A stretch of 64,000 bases of DNA from Candidatus Obscuribacteraceae bacterium (lineage in GTDB: Bacteria > Cyanobacteriota > Vampirovibrionia > Obscuribacterales > Obscuribacteraceae): positions 32,001 to 96,000 of the forward strand of contig JBGASG010000008.1 of assembly GCA_044229845.1 (NCBI GenBank), read 5' to 3'. Positions 10,358 to 19,690 of the stretch are shown here, one piece after another. The translations under genes and the position numbers were made by a program. Each line of letters starts with the position of its first letter. The stretch's first letter is position 1. The notes under the pieces are model-generated. The model was not told the origin of the DNA. It was given only the letters and a program-made list of their open reading frames with translations, and made no database searches.

Positions 10358-10506
10358 CGACTTGGCGCGGATTTTTCTGAAAGCAAAAAACAGCAAACCT
10401 CGGAAAGCCACATCCAATCAGCCATAGCAGAAGCAATTTTTGCTCAAGTCGTCGACATAGTGACGACACAACTTTACAAACACCCCCAAAATTCAAAGGC
10501 GAAAGA

Positions 10507-11748
10507 ATGCCCAAATTGACCCAAAAGTTTGTGAACGAAGTAGAACCCCCGGAGCGAGGTCAGAAGATCTACCGGGACACCGTGCTTGTCGGTCTTGCGT
10601 TACGCGTCACTCCCGGAAGCAAGACGTATGTCGTTGAGGCGCGAGTAAATGGTGTCGCCAGAAGAATCACTCTGGGCAAAAATGGCCCGCTGACTCCTGC
10701 CACGGCCCGAAAGAAAGCGCGCAAGATTCAAGCGATGATGGCGGCAGGCAAAGACCCCATGGTCGAGAGAGCGAAGAAAAAGACCATCGGTGTCACCCTG
10801 CACGACATCCTTGAGCAGTTCTTGTCGGTGAGAAATCTGAAGCCGAACACGACCCGGTGTTACCGATATATGGTGACGCGCTGTCTGCGCGACTGGCTAG
10901 ATCTGCCGGTGGTTTCAATCACGCGGGACATGGTAGAGCAGCGACACTCGGACCTGCGCAGGACGACGAGGCAAGGCACATCGGGGGAGGCGCAAGCGAA
11001 CACCGTGATGCACATGCTTGGCACGCTGCTGAACTTCGCTGCAGCCAACTACGACATCGACGAAAAACCCATCATCTTATATAACCCGGTCAAGCGGCTG
11101 TCACAAAATCGCCGCTGGTATCCAGAGCGCAGGCGACAAACGGTGATCCCGGACCACAAGCTGCCAGACTGGTATCAAGTCGTTGTGTCGCTCCGGCACC
11201 CCACCATCAGAGATTACCTTCTGCTCTTACTCTTCACGGGCTTGCGTCGCAATGAAGCCGCCACACTGCGGTGGGCTGATATCGATTTCGAGTCGAAGGT
11301 TTTGACCATTCGGGCGGAGATTGCGAAGAACGGAAAGGAACACCGCCTGCCGTTAAGCGATTTCCTCGAAGATCTGTTGAAGCGACGGCACGCGGAACGC
11401 GGGGATGCAGAGTATGTGTTTCCCGGACGCAGCGCCAAGCGCCACATCGTCGACTCGGACCATGTGATCAGTGGAGTGGCACAGAAGGCCGGTTGCCCAT
11501 TCACCCTCCACGATCTGCGCAGAACCTTCCTCACCGTCGCCGAGCGACTGGCACTTTCATACGTGGTTTTGAAGAAGCTCGCCAACCACTCGGGAAGGAA
11601 CGACACCACGTTCGGTTATCTTGTAGTCGACGTGGAAAGACTGCGTGAACCCATGCAAAAGATCACCAACGAGTTTGTGGCTATGTGCAAGGCGAAAGAA
11701 ACAGAGAAAGCCTCGGCAAATCCAACCGACGTCCAGGAAGCTCAGTAG
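10507..11748 (+). CDS. Tyrosine recombinase/integrase with N-terminal arm-DNA-binding domain
   Basis: N-terminal KLT...D...GLALRVT..SKTY...RRITLG; catalytic R (GLRRNE), K (AKNG), HDLRR, H (ANHS) and Y (TFGY) all present. Confidence 0.95.
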   Translation: MPKLTQKFVNEVEPPERGQKIYRDTVLVGLALRVTPGSKTYVVEARVNGVARRITLGKNGPLTPATARKKARKIQAMMAAGKDPMVERAKKKTIGVTLHDILEQFLSVRNLKPNTTRCYRYMVTRCLRDWLDLPVVSITRDMVEQRHSDLRRTTRQGTSGEAQANTVMHMLGTLLNFAAANYDIDEKPIILYNPVKRLSQNRRWYPERRRQTVIPDHKLPDWYQVVVSLRHPTIRDYLLLLLFTGLRRNEAATLRWADIDFESKVLTIRAEIAKNGKEHRLPLSDFLEDLLKRRHAERGDAEYVFPGRSAKRHIVDSDHVISGVAQKAGCPFTLHDLRRTFLTVAERLALSYVVLKKLANHSGRNDTTFGYLVVDVERLREPMQKITNEFVAMCKAKETEKASANPTDVQEAQ

Positions 11749-11783
11749 AAGCGCTTTTCGCGCACAGGCAAATTTTTCTTGTT

Positions 11784-11906
11784 GTCGACACTGTGGCGAC
11801 AACGATCACAAGGATCCGTTTCATCCGTTTCTTGCATTGCCATCTCCGTGTGGCATCCGCACCACCCACGGTGCCAACGAGTTTTAGAAAGATCACTTAT
11901 CCCGGA
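11784..11906 (+). repeat. Putative attR 1: arm repeats, palindrome and core
   Basis: GTCGACA/GGCGACA (11784, 11795), GCACC-N6-GGTGC (11859-11874), TAGAAAGATCACTTATCCCGGA (11885-11906); same architecture at 17623-17744. Confidence 0.8.
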
Positions 11907-12842
11907 ACGAATAATAAGACAGAGTTCATCTACGCGCCAATGGAGGGAATTGCGAAAATTGTGGAGACGGTCAGCGGCAGCGTGACCAGTACGAAGCAGT
12001 TCCCGGGAGGAGAAGAACGCGACGGTAGCGGTGCTGTGACCAAGCAGTTCTTTGCCCAAGGACAGAGAAATGGCTCTACCAACTACTTCTATAGTCGCGA
12101 CCACCTCGGCTCGGTCCGCACAATGACGGACAACAGCGGTGTTTCTGCATCTGATCGAACTTTCGACCCCTATGGACGGATAACCGTCCTTAGCGAAAGC
12201 ACGGCGCCTGATTTTGGATTCGCGGGAATGTATGTCCACAGCAGGAGCGGACTTAATTTGACGACCTTCAGAGCTTACAATCCGGCCATTGCGCGATGGA
12301 TCAACCGAGACCCTCTGGGCGAAAGGGGCGCACTGAATGCGTATGGTTATGCGGATGGCAATCCCGTCAGCTTCGTTGACAGACTGGGACTCTTCACATT
12401 TGATGCCAAAGCATGCGCTGAGATAGAGAAATTTCTGAAATTCATGGCGGACATGTCTCGGGCAACAGGCAGAGAAGTTGGTGCAGGGTTTAACTACAAC
12501 AACGGTGTGCCAGAATTTCTGCAAGGACCACCCCATCTTGGAACAAGCAATCACGTTGATATTGAGGCGTGGACCTCTGGCGTGGCAATGACGCACGTAA
12601 TCGGTGATCCCGGACCCATGGGCTTTCTCAACGTTCCGCTTTGGGACAATTCAGGGTTCAATCAGAGTGACTATCAATTCTCTTTGAACTCGGCTCAACA
12701 AATCTGGACCATGAATGGCTCCGGCAACCTCTTTGTACTAGAAAGAGGGCAGCTGTACCAGATACAAGCGGGGTGCAACAAGTGTGAGTTCAGGGGAGCT
12801 GGACCGAAGGGCGACCCGGCAATTCACCGGCCAGTCCCCTAA
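11889..12842 (+). pseudogene. Orphan Rhs 3' module (core end plus distinct C-terminal toxin domain) with no start codon of its own
   Basis: Homology to the main Rhs begins exactly at KITYPG; DHLGS, RWINRDPLG and PVSFVDRLGL present; the tip after 12392 is unrelated to the main tip. Confidence 0.9.
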
Positions 12843-12921
12843 TAAGCGTGCCCTTGCGGGAAACCGTGTTGCGCTGACGCAGAATTTGTGCGATCTGTAC
12901 TACCCAGGGACTAAGGTGCGT

Positions 12922-13158
12922 ATGAAAGTCAAGAAAAAAACGGTGACTATCGGGTGCGTGGGACTGCTCATGGGTGGCATCGGGTTTCTGACGTCCGTAT
13001 ACATCCAAGAGGAGCATATTCCACCTGATAATCCACCTCCTGGTTTTAGGAGGTATCGTCGTACGCCTTTGCTGCACACTGTCATCGACAACATCACCAT
13101 CAATTCTGCTTCATTCGTTGCAAGAGGCATCAGTGCTTTGCGCTCCTCCGACAACTGA
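12922..13158 (+). CDS. Small membrane-anchored protein, candidate immunity protein for the orphan tip
   Basis: 78 aa, basic N-terminus plus hydrophobic segment, directly downstream of the Rhs tip. Confidence 0.45.
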   Translation: MKVKKKTVTIGCVGLLMGGIGFLTSVYIQEEHIPPDNPPPGFRRYRRTPLLHTVIDNITINSASFVARGISALRSSDN

Positions 13159-13913
13159 AGATAGATCAGAACCAGGTAGGAAGAGATCGTCGCATCGGCG
13201 ACAGAATAAGCGCCTTGCGCGTCTCACATTGTTGGTCTCATTTACTCGTGAACTAGCTGCCCGGGCAGGATAAACAAGTGCTAGCAAACGGGCGCAAAGC
13301 ACCACGAGTGGTGCCTTTTCACGGTAGCATCGACGTTCGCCGTGAATGCCGCATACCCGCAATCAAGTTGCACTCGGCACTGGGATAGCCACACGTCTAA
13401 ATACGACGATTCGTATGGAGTTGGCACGCCAGTGTTCTATAGTTACACTGACAAAACTGGATTGCACGACTAGATAACATCGGAGTAAATCATGGCCTGG
13501 ATAGCGTACTTCTTAGTTGGAAGCAAGCCGGATGCGCGCAAGTTCTGCCAATTACGAGGCGAGCATAGCAGGATAAGAGGATGATACCAAATGGCGGAAA
13601 GCACCACGGGCGGTGCCTTTCGACGGTATCGTCCACGCCCTACACGAATGCCGCAGACCTAAAAGCATCGCGTAGTCAGTGCGGCACGGCAGTCGCCCAT
13701 CACTAGTGCCTTTCCGGGTTCCATTGCTCTAGCTTTCTTACCCTTGCGGATGTTATCTCACACCATATATGGTGGCTTCGAGGGAACAAATCTCGCCGAT
13801 ATGCTTCAATGGTAATGGCGAGTTACTCGCCGAAACTCCCTCGGGAGTTCCCTGCAAGCTCCTTTGCTTGCGTCAACGTCCAAGTGCAATAGCACGTGCC
13901 CTTTGAGGTATCA

Positions 13914-14303
13914 ATGCGTTTACCCCAGTTTTGCGTTCGCTTCCCGCCAGAGATAGCTGAAGAAGTCTATCGGCTAGCGAAGGCGAACGGCGTCTCACAG
14001 TCCGACATGATTCGGGATCTGGTGCGCGACGGAATCATCGTCCGCGCAGAGGCCACCACGAATTCTCAATTCCAGTACGTAGAGCAACGCCTGCGTCGAA
14101 TAGAAGAACGCTTTGCCGGCTGGATGATCAAGCTTAGCAAAGCGACCGCCCAGACCTGGTTTTTCACAGAGCAACTCGCACTCTTCGAAGTGGATGAGGA
14201 GGACCAGATAGCATTGCGGCGAGCAGCAGAAAGGTTCATGAGCCAATTTCTGCAAATAAAGACCGCTCGCTATGAGCGGGAGCATCCAGTCCAGGACGAA
14301 TAG
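13914..14303 (+). CDS. Ribbon-helix-helix protein, paralog of 8370-8765
   Basis: MRLPQFCVRFP...RAEATTNSQF.YVE.RLRR.E.RFAGWMIKLSKA shared with the first copy. Confidence 0.78.
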   Translation: MRLPQFCVRFPPEIAEEVYRLAKANGVSQSDMIRDLVRDGIIVRAEATTNSQFQYVEQRLRRIEERFAGWMIKLSKATAQTWFFTEQLALFEVDEEDQIALRRAAERFMSQFLQIKTARYEREHPVQDE

Positions 14304-14439
14304 ACCAGAGGAAGCGTGTGCGTCCGGTAGTCCACGTCGTGGGAATTTGTGCAGGGGTGTGGTTTGCTAATTGCACATGCGGCGCGGCTAGTTCGAAGCT
14401 ACGAAAAGCGCTTGCACACCGAGTCACTGAGGGCAAGTC

Positions 14440-14913
14440 GTGGCACGAGCAAGAAGAACAGATACAACGCACAACACCAACAGCGAACTTTTAACACGGA
14501 ATGAAGCTGCCCAGTATCTAGGCGTTTCTCCTAACACATTGGCGATCTGGAGTTGCACCGGGCGGTACGACTTACCCTTCGTGAAAGTTGGTCGGCTTGC
14601 AAAATACCAGAGGTCAACACTGGATCATTTCCTGCAGCGGCGCACGAAACACTGGGACGGAACGGAAACCGGGCGTGCAGACCGGCCTTGTGTAGCACCA
14701 GCATACACACCGTCTAAAAAAGCGCCCGCCGTGCGGCCGCAAGAGGTCGAATTTCGGGAAGTGAGGCTGGTCGAGCCACGCAGAGAAGAGGACCTGCCTC
14801 CATCGAACGGTGTGCTGGAAATCGCTCTACCCAGTGGTATCACTCTTCGACTGCCGGCAGGTTGTTCTCCGGACTTTCTCGCTTCGGTAATCGCCACATT
14901 GGAGAAATCGTAG
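14440..14913 (+). CDS. tnpA: IS66 accessory protein TnpA with excisionase-like HTH N-terminus
   Basis: LLTRNEAAQYLGVSPNTL..W HTH; C-terminal LEIALPSGITLRL typical of IS66 TnpA; overlaps the tnpB start. Confidence 0.75.
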   Translation: MARARRTDTTHNTNSELLTRNEAAQYLGVSPNTLAIWSCTGRYDLPFVKVGRLAKYQRSTLDHFLQRRTKHWDGTETGRADRPCVAPAYTPSKKAPAVRPQEVEFREVRLVEPRREEDLPPSNGVLEIALPSGITLRLPAGCSPDFLASVIATLEKS

Positions 14914-15320
14914 TGTTCAATTTGTCACCATCGGTGCGCATTTTCGTTTGCACAAAGCCGGTCGACATGCGGCGTTCGTTCGACGGGCTGTTCGGGCTTG
15001 TTCAGACGCTGGTGCACCAAGACCCGTTTTCTGGATCGCTCTTTCTCTTCCGCAGTCGACGCGGCGACTTCATCAAAATTCTCTGGTGGGACCTCGACGG
15101 ATTTGCCATTTTTGCAAAGCGTCTCGAAGTCGGAACATTCCGTTTTCCAGAAGTGCGGTTCGTGAACGGCGAGTATGAAGCACTGGAGATGGAACGATCC
15201 GACCTTCTCCTGCTTCTGGAGGGCATCGACACCGATTCTGTGAAGAGACTGAAGCGCTACCGCCGGAAAAGCCCGGGATCAAGCCAAAAGTCCACCCCAA
15301 AAGTACCCGCCGTGAGGTGA
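14913..15320 (+). CDS. tnpB: IS66 accessory protein TnpB
   Basis: PVDMRRSFDGL, DPFSGSLFLFRSRR, KILWWDLDGF..FAKRLE.G.F motifs. Confidence 0.93.
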   Translation: MFNLSPSVRIFVCTKPVDMRRSFDGLFGLVQTLVHQDPFSGSLFLFRSRRGDFIKILWWDLDGFAIFAKRLEVGTFRFPEVRFVNGEYEALEMERSDLLLLLEGIDTDSVKRLKRYRRKSPGSSQKSTPKVPAVR

Positions 15321-15502
15321 GCAAACATCCGATCGCCATCTGGTGGCACTTCCGAGAAACGAGGAGTAAAACATAATAGAATTTTCCAAGACGCTGGCCG
15401 GCAATGTCGCCACCATTGGCGGTGCAATACAGATCAGTCAGATCTAAGCTGCAAAATACGGTCCCGAGTAGTACCATATACGGTATCACCCAGGTATTTG
15501 CC

Positions 15503-17048
15503 GTGCCAAAATCCGAAGATTCCGAAAATACGCGCCTCAGAAAAGAAAATGCCCGGCTCCAAAAGTCGCTGGACCGCATGGAGAAGCAGCTCCAAGAAGC
15601 CAATGACGCCAACAAAGAGCTGCGCGCGCTCATGAAGGATCTCCAGGAAAAACTCGACATCCTTATCGTCCAATTCAAAAAACGGAATCGCAAGGACTTT
15701 GGCAACAAGACTGAACGACACAATCCGCGGCCGGCACTCGCTGACGAATTGTCTCCTCTGACTGCTAAGGAAAAGTCGACTCCAAAACCACGCAATCACA
15801 TCAAGCACATTCTCTCGCAGAACCTTCCCCCTGAGATTGTTCCGCACACCGTTAAGCCGGAAGATGCAACCTGTCCCTACTGCATCGTTGACACCGTTTT
15901 CGTCGGCACCGAAGTGACCCACCAGTTGGAGCGCTTGACTCAAACGCTTAAACATCTGCAGCATGAGCAGGAAGTTCGGGCGTGCCCGAAGTGTAGGAAG
16001 TACATCGTCACTGCAGAAAAACCTTGTTCGCCAATTCCCGGCAGCTACGCCGGACCGGGACTGCTCGCGGACGTCTGTGTGAACAAACTTGCAGACGGGC
16101 TTCCAAACTACAGACAGGAGAAAAGATACAAACGCGAAAGTGCCACCATACCACGGTCCACTCAAAGTGATTGGATGCTGGCTGCCTCGTTTACTGTTGA
16201 GCCCTCTGTACGATCTCGTTACTCGACGCCTGCTCCTTTCTCGCGTAATACAGACGGACGACAGCGAACTTAAGGTCCAGGACCGGAAGCACAAGCGAAA
16301 AATGCGCAAAGGCAAAATGACTGTTTACCGCGGGGATGAGAATCACAGGTTTGTAGCCTTCGATTTCTCTCCCGATCAAACCTTCGCCAGGAACATTGCA
16401 TTCCTCGAACAGTTTGTCGGCATCGTACAGGCCGACGCCGCAAAGGGCTTCGACAAGCTGTACGAGGATGGCACCAAAGTCGAGGCCGGTTGTAACGCCC
16501 ATTCGCGCAGGAAGTACTACGAAGCGCTGGTGATTGATCCTCAAAGCTGCAACCCGATCCTGGACATCTATCACGCACTTTACGACATCGAAGCAGAGAT
16601 CAAGACACGGAGTCCTGCGGAGAAGCTGGCTGAGCGACAAGCACGATCGAAGCCACTCGTTGGGCAGCTTCACGCCCTGGTTCTCTCTCTTAGTGAGAAA
16701 TTGAACCCGAAACATCCAGTCATGCGCGCCGTCCAGTACACACTCACTCACTGGCAGGCGCTCACTCGTTTTCTCGAAGATCCTGCCATCAATATCGACA
16801 ACAACGCCGCCGAGCGAGAAATCAAAGACTTCGTGATTGATCGAAAGAATTTCCTGTTCGCAGGCTCGGACGCTGGCGGTAAGTCGATTGCCATTCTCCT
16901 GACTCTCATTGCCTCTGCGAAGCGCAACAAGATCGACCCACGTGCATACCTCACCGACGTGTTTACGCGCATCAACTCCATGAAGACCAGCGAGCTTGAG
17001 CAGCTTCTTCCGGACCGGTGGACGCCAAACCAAAACAAAGTCTCCTGA
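15503..17048 (+). pseudogene. tnpC: IS66 transposase TnpC with frameshift near 16205
   Basis: Leucine zipper, CPYC/CPKC zinc finger, DDSE, ADA, C.AHSRRK, IDNNAAERE and LLP.RW; reading frame switches at VEP/LYDL. Confidence 0.9.
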
Positions 17049-17114
17049 ATTTCGCTACCTCAGGAAACCACGCCCCACCTTAATTTTCCAGGACGTGAAG
17101 AACCGGACGCACAC

Positions 17115-17164
17115 TCTATCTCTTCCAAATCGAGTTCGGCAGCAGAAGTGATGAGGAGCTTCAC
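17115..17164 (-). pseudogene. Truncated ParE/RelE-family toxin N-terminus
   Basis: GTG-started KLLITSAAELDLEEI just after the antitoxin stop, cut exactly at the IS66 right end. Confidence 0.7.
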
Positions 17165-17172
17165 GTTGAACT

Positions 17173-17391
17173 CTACAGTCTTGACTGAGCTTTTTTGCGC
17201 AGTTTTGCGAGCACTTCCTCGGCTGGCTTCAATTCACCACGGTCCGCAGCGGCAATGCCCTTCTGTATGTCTCGGCGAAAATCCTCAGCCCTAAGCTCTC
17301 GCATCAACTGTTCACGTTCTTCCGGGGACAGCTGATCTACCAGTTTCAAAACCTGGTCGACGGTTGGTCTTTTGTTTCGAGATTGAGTCAT
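17173..17391 (-). CDS. ParD-like/addiction-module antitoxin
   Basis: 72 aa; RRDIQKGIAAADRGELKPAEEVL motif; directly upstream of the ParE-like fragment. Confidence 0.72.
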   Translation of the reverse strand: MTQSRNKRPTVDQVLKLVDQLSPEEREQLMRELRAEDFRRDIQKGIAAADRGELKPAEEVLAKLRKKAQSRL

Positions 17392-17622
17392 GAAAACACT
17401 TCTACGAGACTTCTACAGCCTGCTGATAGTTTACCACGGCCGGACGAACGCTCTAAGAGAGGCACAGGCGCCCGATGAAGGAATCCTATGGGACTTGAAG
17501 CGTCGGAGCATCGCGGATTACCCGGGACAGGATTAGCGAGAATAGCCGCGGAAGAGAAAGAGCCAGAACCTTACGCGAGCAGTCCGAAAACGAAATCAAC
17601 GCAGATTGAATTTGCGCGACTC

Positions 17623-17744
17623 GTCGACACTGCAGCGACAGCGGTGGGACACCTCTTGATCATGCCTCGTCGGAATCCCACTCCTGGTGCGGTAGTGGCA
17701 CCACGTGCGGTGCCAGCGGATCTAGAAAGATCACTTATCCCGGA
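17623..17744 (+). repeat. Putative attR 2: arm repeats, palindrome and core
   Basis: GTCGACA/AGCGACA (17623, 17634), GCACC-N6-GGTGC (17698-17713), 22-bp identity with 11885-11906 at 17723-17744. Confidence 0.8.
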
Positions 17745-17839
17745 TCATCGACGCGAGGTCGTCAACATGAATCGATTCGATCGCAGAGCCCCTCCACGCT
17801 CTGTCTCCGCGTAAAAGAGTCTCCGACTCCGCCTACTCC

Positions 17840-18350
17840 GGCAGTAAGCGATGAAACCGGAGGGTAGAAAGGCACGAAAGGTTCGAAGCGTCTAGCCACA
17901 CACAGAAGCTAAGGACCAAGGGGAGACCGGCACGGTCAGCGAAAGCAAATCATCGTACGCTCCGTAATAAGTGAATTGGTGAAAGTGGCTGTCACACCAA
18001 GCCCAAAAGGGAAGCGGGTTGGCTGCTCCACGTCCTGGGATGAGCAGCGAGGAGGCTACATTCCTGCCGGAGTATAGATGGGACCTAAACCGGTCGCTAG
18101 TCATGTTGACGGAACGCGGTAAACCTCATTGGCTCTCGCCCGTTCTGCGAGTAATCGAAGCGCAAGCAACGACTAACGCCCAGGAGGCAACGGATTCTGG
18201 AAGAAGCGAAAGCCTTGCTGGAATGGCAAGGATCGGGCTAAGCTGTTTTTGGCAAATTAAAAGTAGGCCGCGTGGCAGTCGAAAATTAGGCCACCCACCC
18301 ACCGGAGGCGGATGAACAAAGGCATATACGGCAGCTGGGCTGCCGTATAT
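17840..18350 (+). ncRNA. Probable group II intron ribozyme remnant (5' domains); boundaries approximate
   Basis: Intron-like motifs GAACGCGGTAAACC and AGCGAAAGCCTTGCTGGAATGGCAAGGA upstream of a group II intron RT fragment. Confidence 0.45.
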
Positions 18351-18570
18351 GCGATGAGGGTAAGTCAGCGCGAAGCCGAACTCGTAGACAGTTTTTAGTC
18401 AGTCTTTCGCACTTTTTTGCGTCGCAAGCTTTCTTTGAAGCGATAGCTTTCGCTGTTGGCCTCAACGATGTGACAGCGATGATTGAGCCGATCAAGAACC
18501 GCGGCCGTTAGATTTTTGGTCATGAAGGCAGACGACCAATCACCAAATTCTAGGTTGGTCGTGATGATAG

Positions 18571-19191
18571 TAGAAATGGCCCCGGTTTTTTAGGCCAAGC
18601 CAAGAGATAGAAATTGCTACCCCCAAAATGCTGTAATACAGCAATCCAAGAGGAGCAAAAGAACATGCCCAGACCCTTGCGCAAGCACAACGCAGATTTC
18701 AAAGCCAAAGTGGCACTGGCTGCCATCCGCGAAGAAGGCACGCTCGCTGAACTCTCGGCAAAATATGGCGTGCATGCAACCCAGATCAACAAATGGAAAA
18801 AGGCCGTTCTGGATGGCGTACGCGATGTTTTCGATCCAAACTCAAAGTCTGTGCCGAAGGGCATGGTGCCCGAAGATGAGGTGGAAGCGTTGTACAAAAA
18901 AATTGGCAAATTGGAGGTAGAGCGCGATTTTTTGTCACGAGTGCTCGATCGCTGAGTCGAGCAGAGCGCGCCGAGCGAGTGAATAGCCAACATCAACTAT
19001 CCGTCCGTCAGCAGTGCGAGGTCCTGGACCTTAATCGGACCACGCTCTACTACGAGCCAGCAGCCCCAAGCGAAAGCACGCTCGAGCTATTGCGACGCAT
19101 CGACCGAATCTTCACGGATTCGCCGTTCTTTGGTGCGCGCAGAATTCGAGAAGCATTGCGTGATGAAGGGCAAGACGTCAGTTATCTCTGA
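18571..19191 (+). mobile_element. Truncated IS3-family element (OrfA 18665-18955, OrfB 5' fragment)
   Basis: OrfA RKHNADFKAKVALAAI...LEVERDFL; OrfB LSVRQQCEVL.LNRTTLYY...PFFGARRI; no integrase core. Confidence 0.88.
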
Positions 19192-19330
19192 GATTTCTCA
19201 TGATGCGCTAGCACCAGATGTGGTATCATTCACAACCACTGCGGCGCGTCAAAGAATCCCCGTAAGTGAGCCATGCAACTTCCATCTCTTAGAATCTAGA
19301 ATTTGGCCCGAATGATCGGGGCCACCTCAT

Positions 19331-19690
19331 ATATTCCGCGCAACGCGTGAGCAAAAGTGGAACAAGGTGCGCAGCCTAATGAAACTTATGCTCCGCAGTT
19401 TCTTTAACCTGCTGGTGTCTGTGCGACGGGTGACCGAAAAGAACAAAGGCAAGAAAACTGCCGGAGTAGATCAAGAAGTCGCCCTCACGGCCGAAAGGCG
19501 GACATCGCTGGTTCGAAGCATGGGCAAATACACTCTCTGGAAGGCAAAGCCAACCAGACGGATATACATTCCGAAACCCGGCAAGCCTGGGCAGAAGCGT
19601 CCACTTTCGATACCAACGGTCCGGAATCGCGTGGCGCAGGCGATCGTGAAGAATGCATATGAGCCCTACTGGGAATCTCATTTTGAGAAA
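19331..19690 (+). pseudogene. Group II intron reverse transcriptase/maturase, N-terminal fragment
   Basis: IFRA...KVRSLMKL, VRRVT..NKGKKTAGVD, RRIYIPK, KRPLSIPTVRNRVAQA, EPYWESHFE; ends before YADD. Confidence 0.9.

Larger units (their letters stand above)
6317..11905 (+). mobile_element. Putative integrative element 1 inserted in rhs (Rhs tip, membrane protein, RHH gene, IS110 remnant, tyrosine integrase)
   Basis: Bounded by direct 16-bp cores; integrase adjacent to the right core; arm-type repeats about 105 bp upstream of the right core. Confidence 0.72.
14316..17114 (+). mobile_element. IS66-family insertion sequence
   Basis: Terminal inverted repeats GTGTGCGTCCGGT.../...ACCGGACGCACAC; tnpA-tnpB-tnpC order; flanks GAGGAAGC and TCTATCTC are not a duplication. 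Confidence 0.92.
11890..17743 (+). mobile_element. Putative older integrative element 2 (Rhs tip, RHH gene, IS66, ParDE-like remnant; no integrase)
   Basis: Bounded by 16-bp cores; same order tip - noncoding module - RHH as element 1; an IS66 without target duplication suggests an internal deletion. Confidence 0.62.

Noticed and set aside
11685..11888. N-terminal 68 aa of the 385-aa ORF as real coding sequence
   Set aside because: Overlaps the integrase end and the att arm region; Rhs homology starts only at the core.
12891..12912. LYYPGT as a fourth att core
   Set aside because: Weak DNA match to the 16-mer, with no arm repeats or palindrome at the expected spacing.
14346..14363. TTTGTGCAGGGGTGTGGT resembles the F-plasmid nic site
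   Set aside because: It lies inside the IS66 left end and is not conserved in element 1; likely chance.
17488..17814. 108-aa ORF
   Set aside because: Spans the attR2 site, has no recognisable motif, and is probably spurious.
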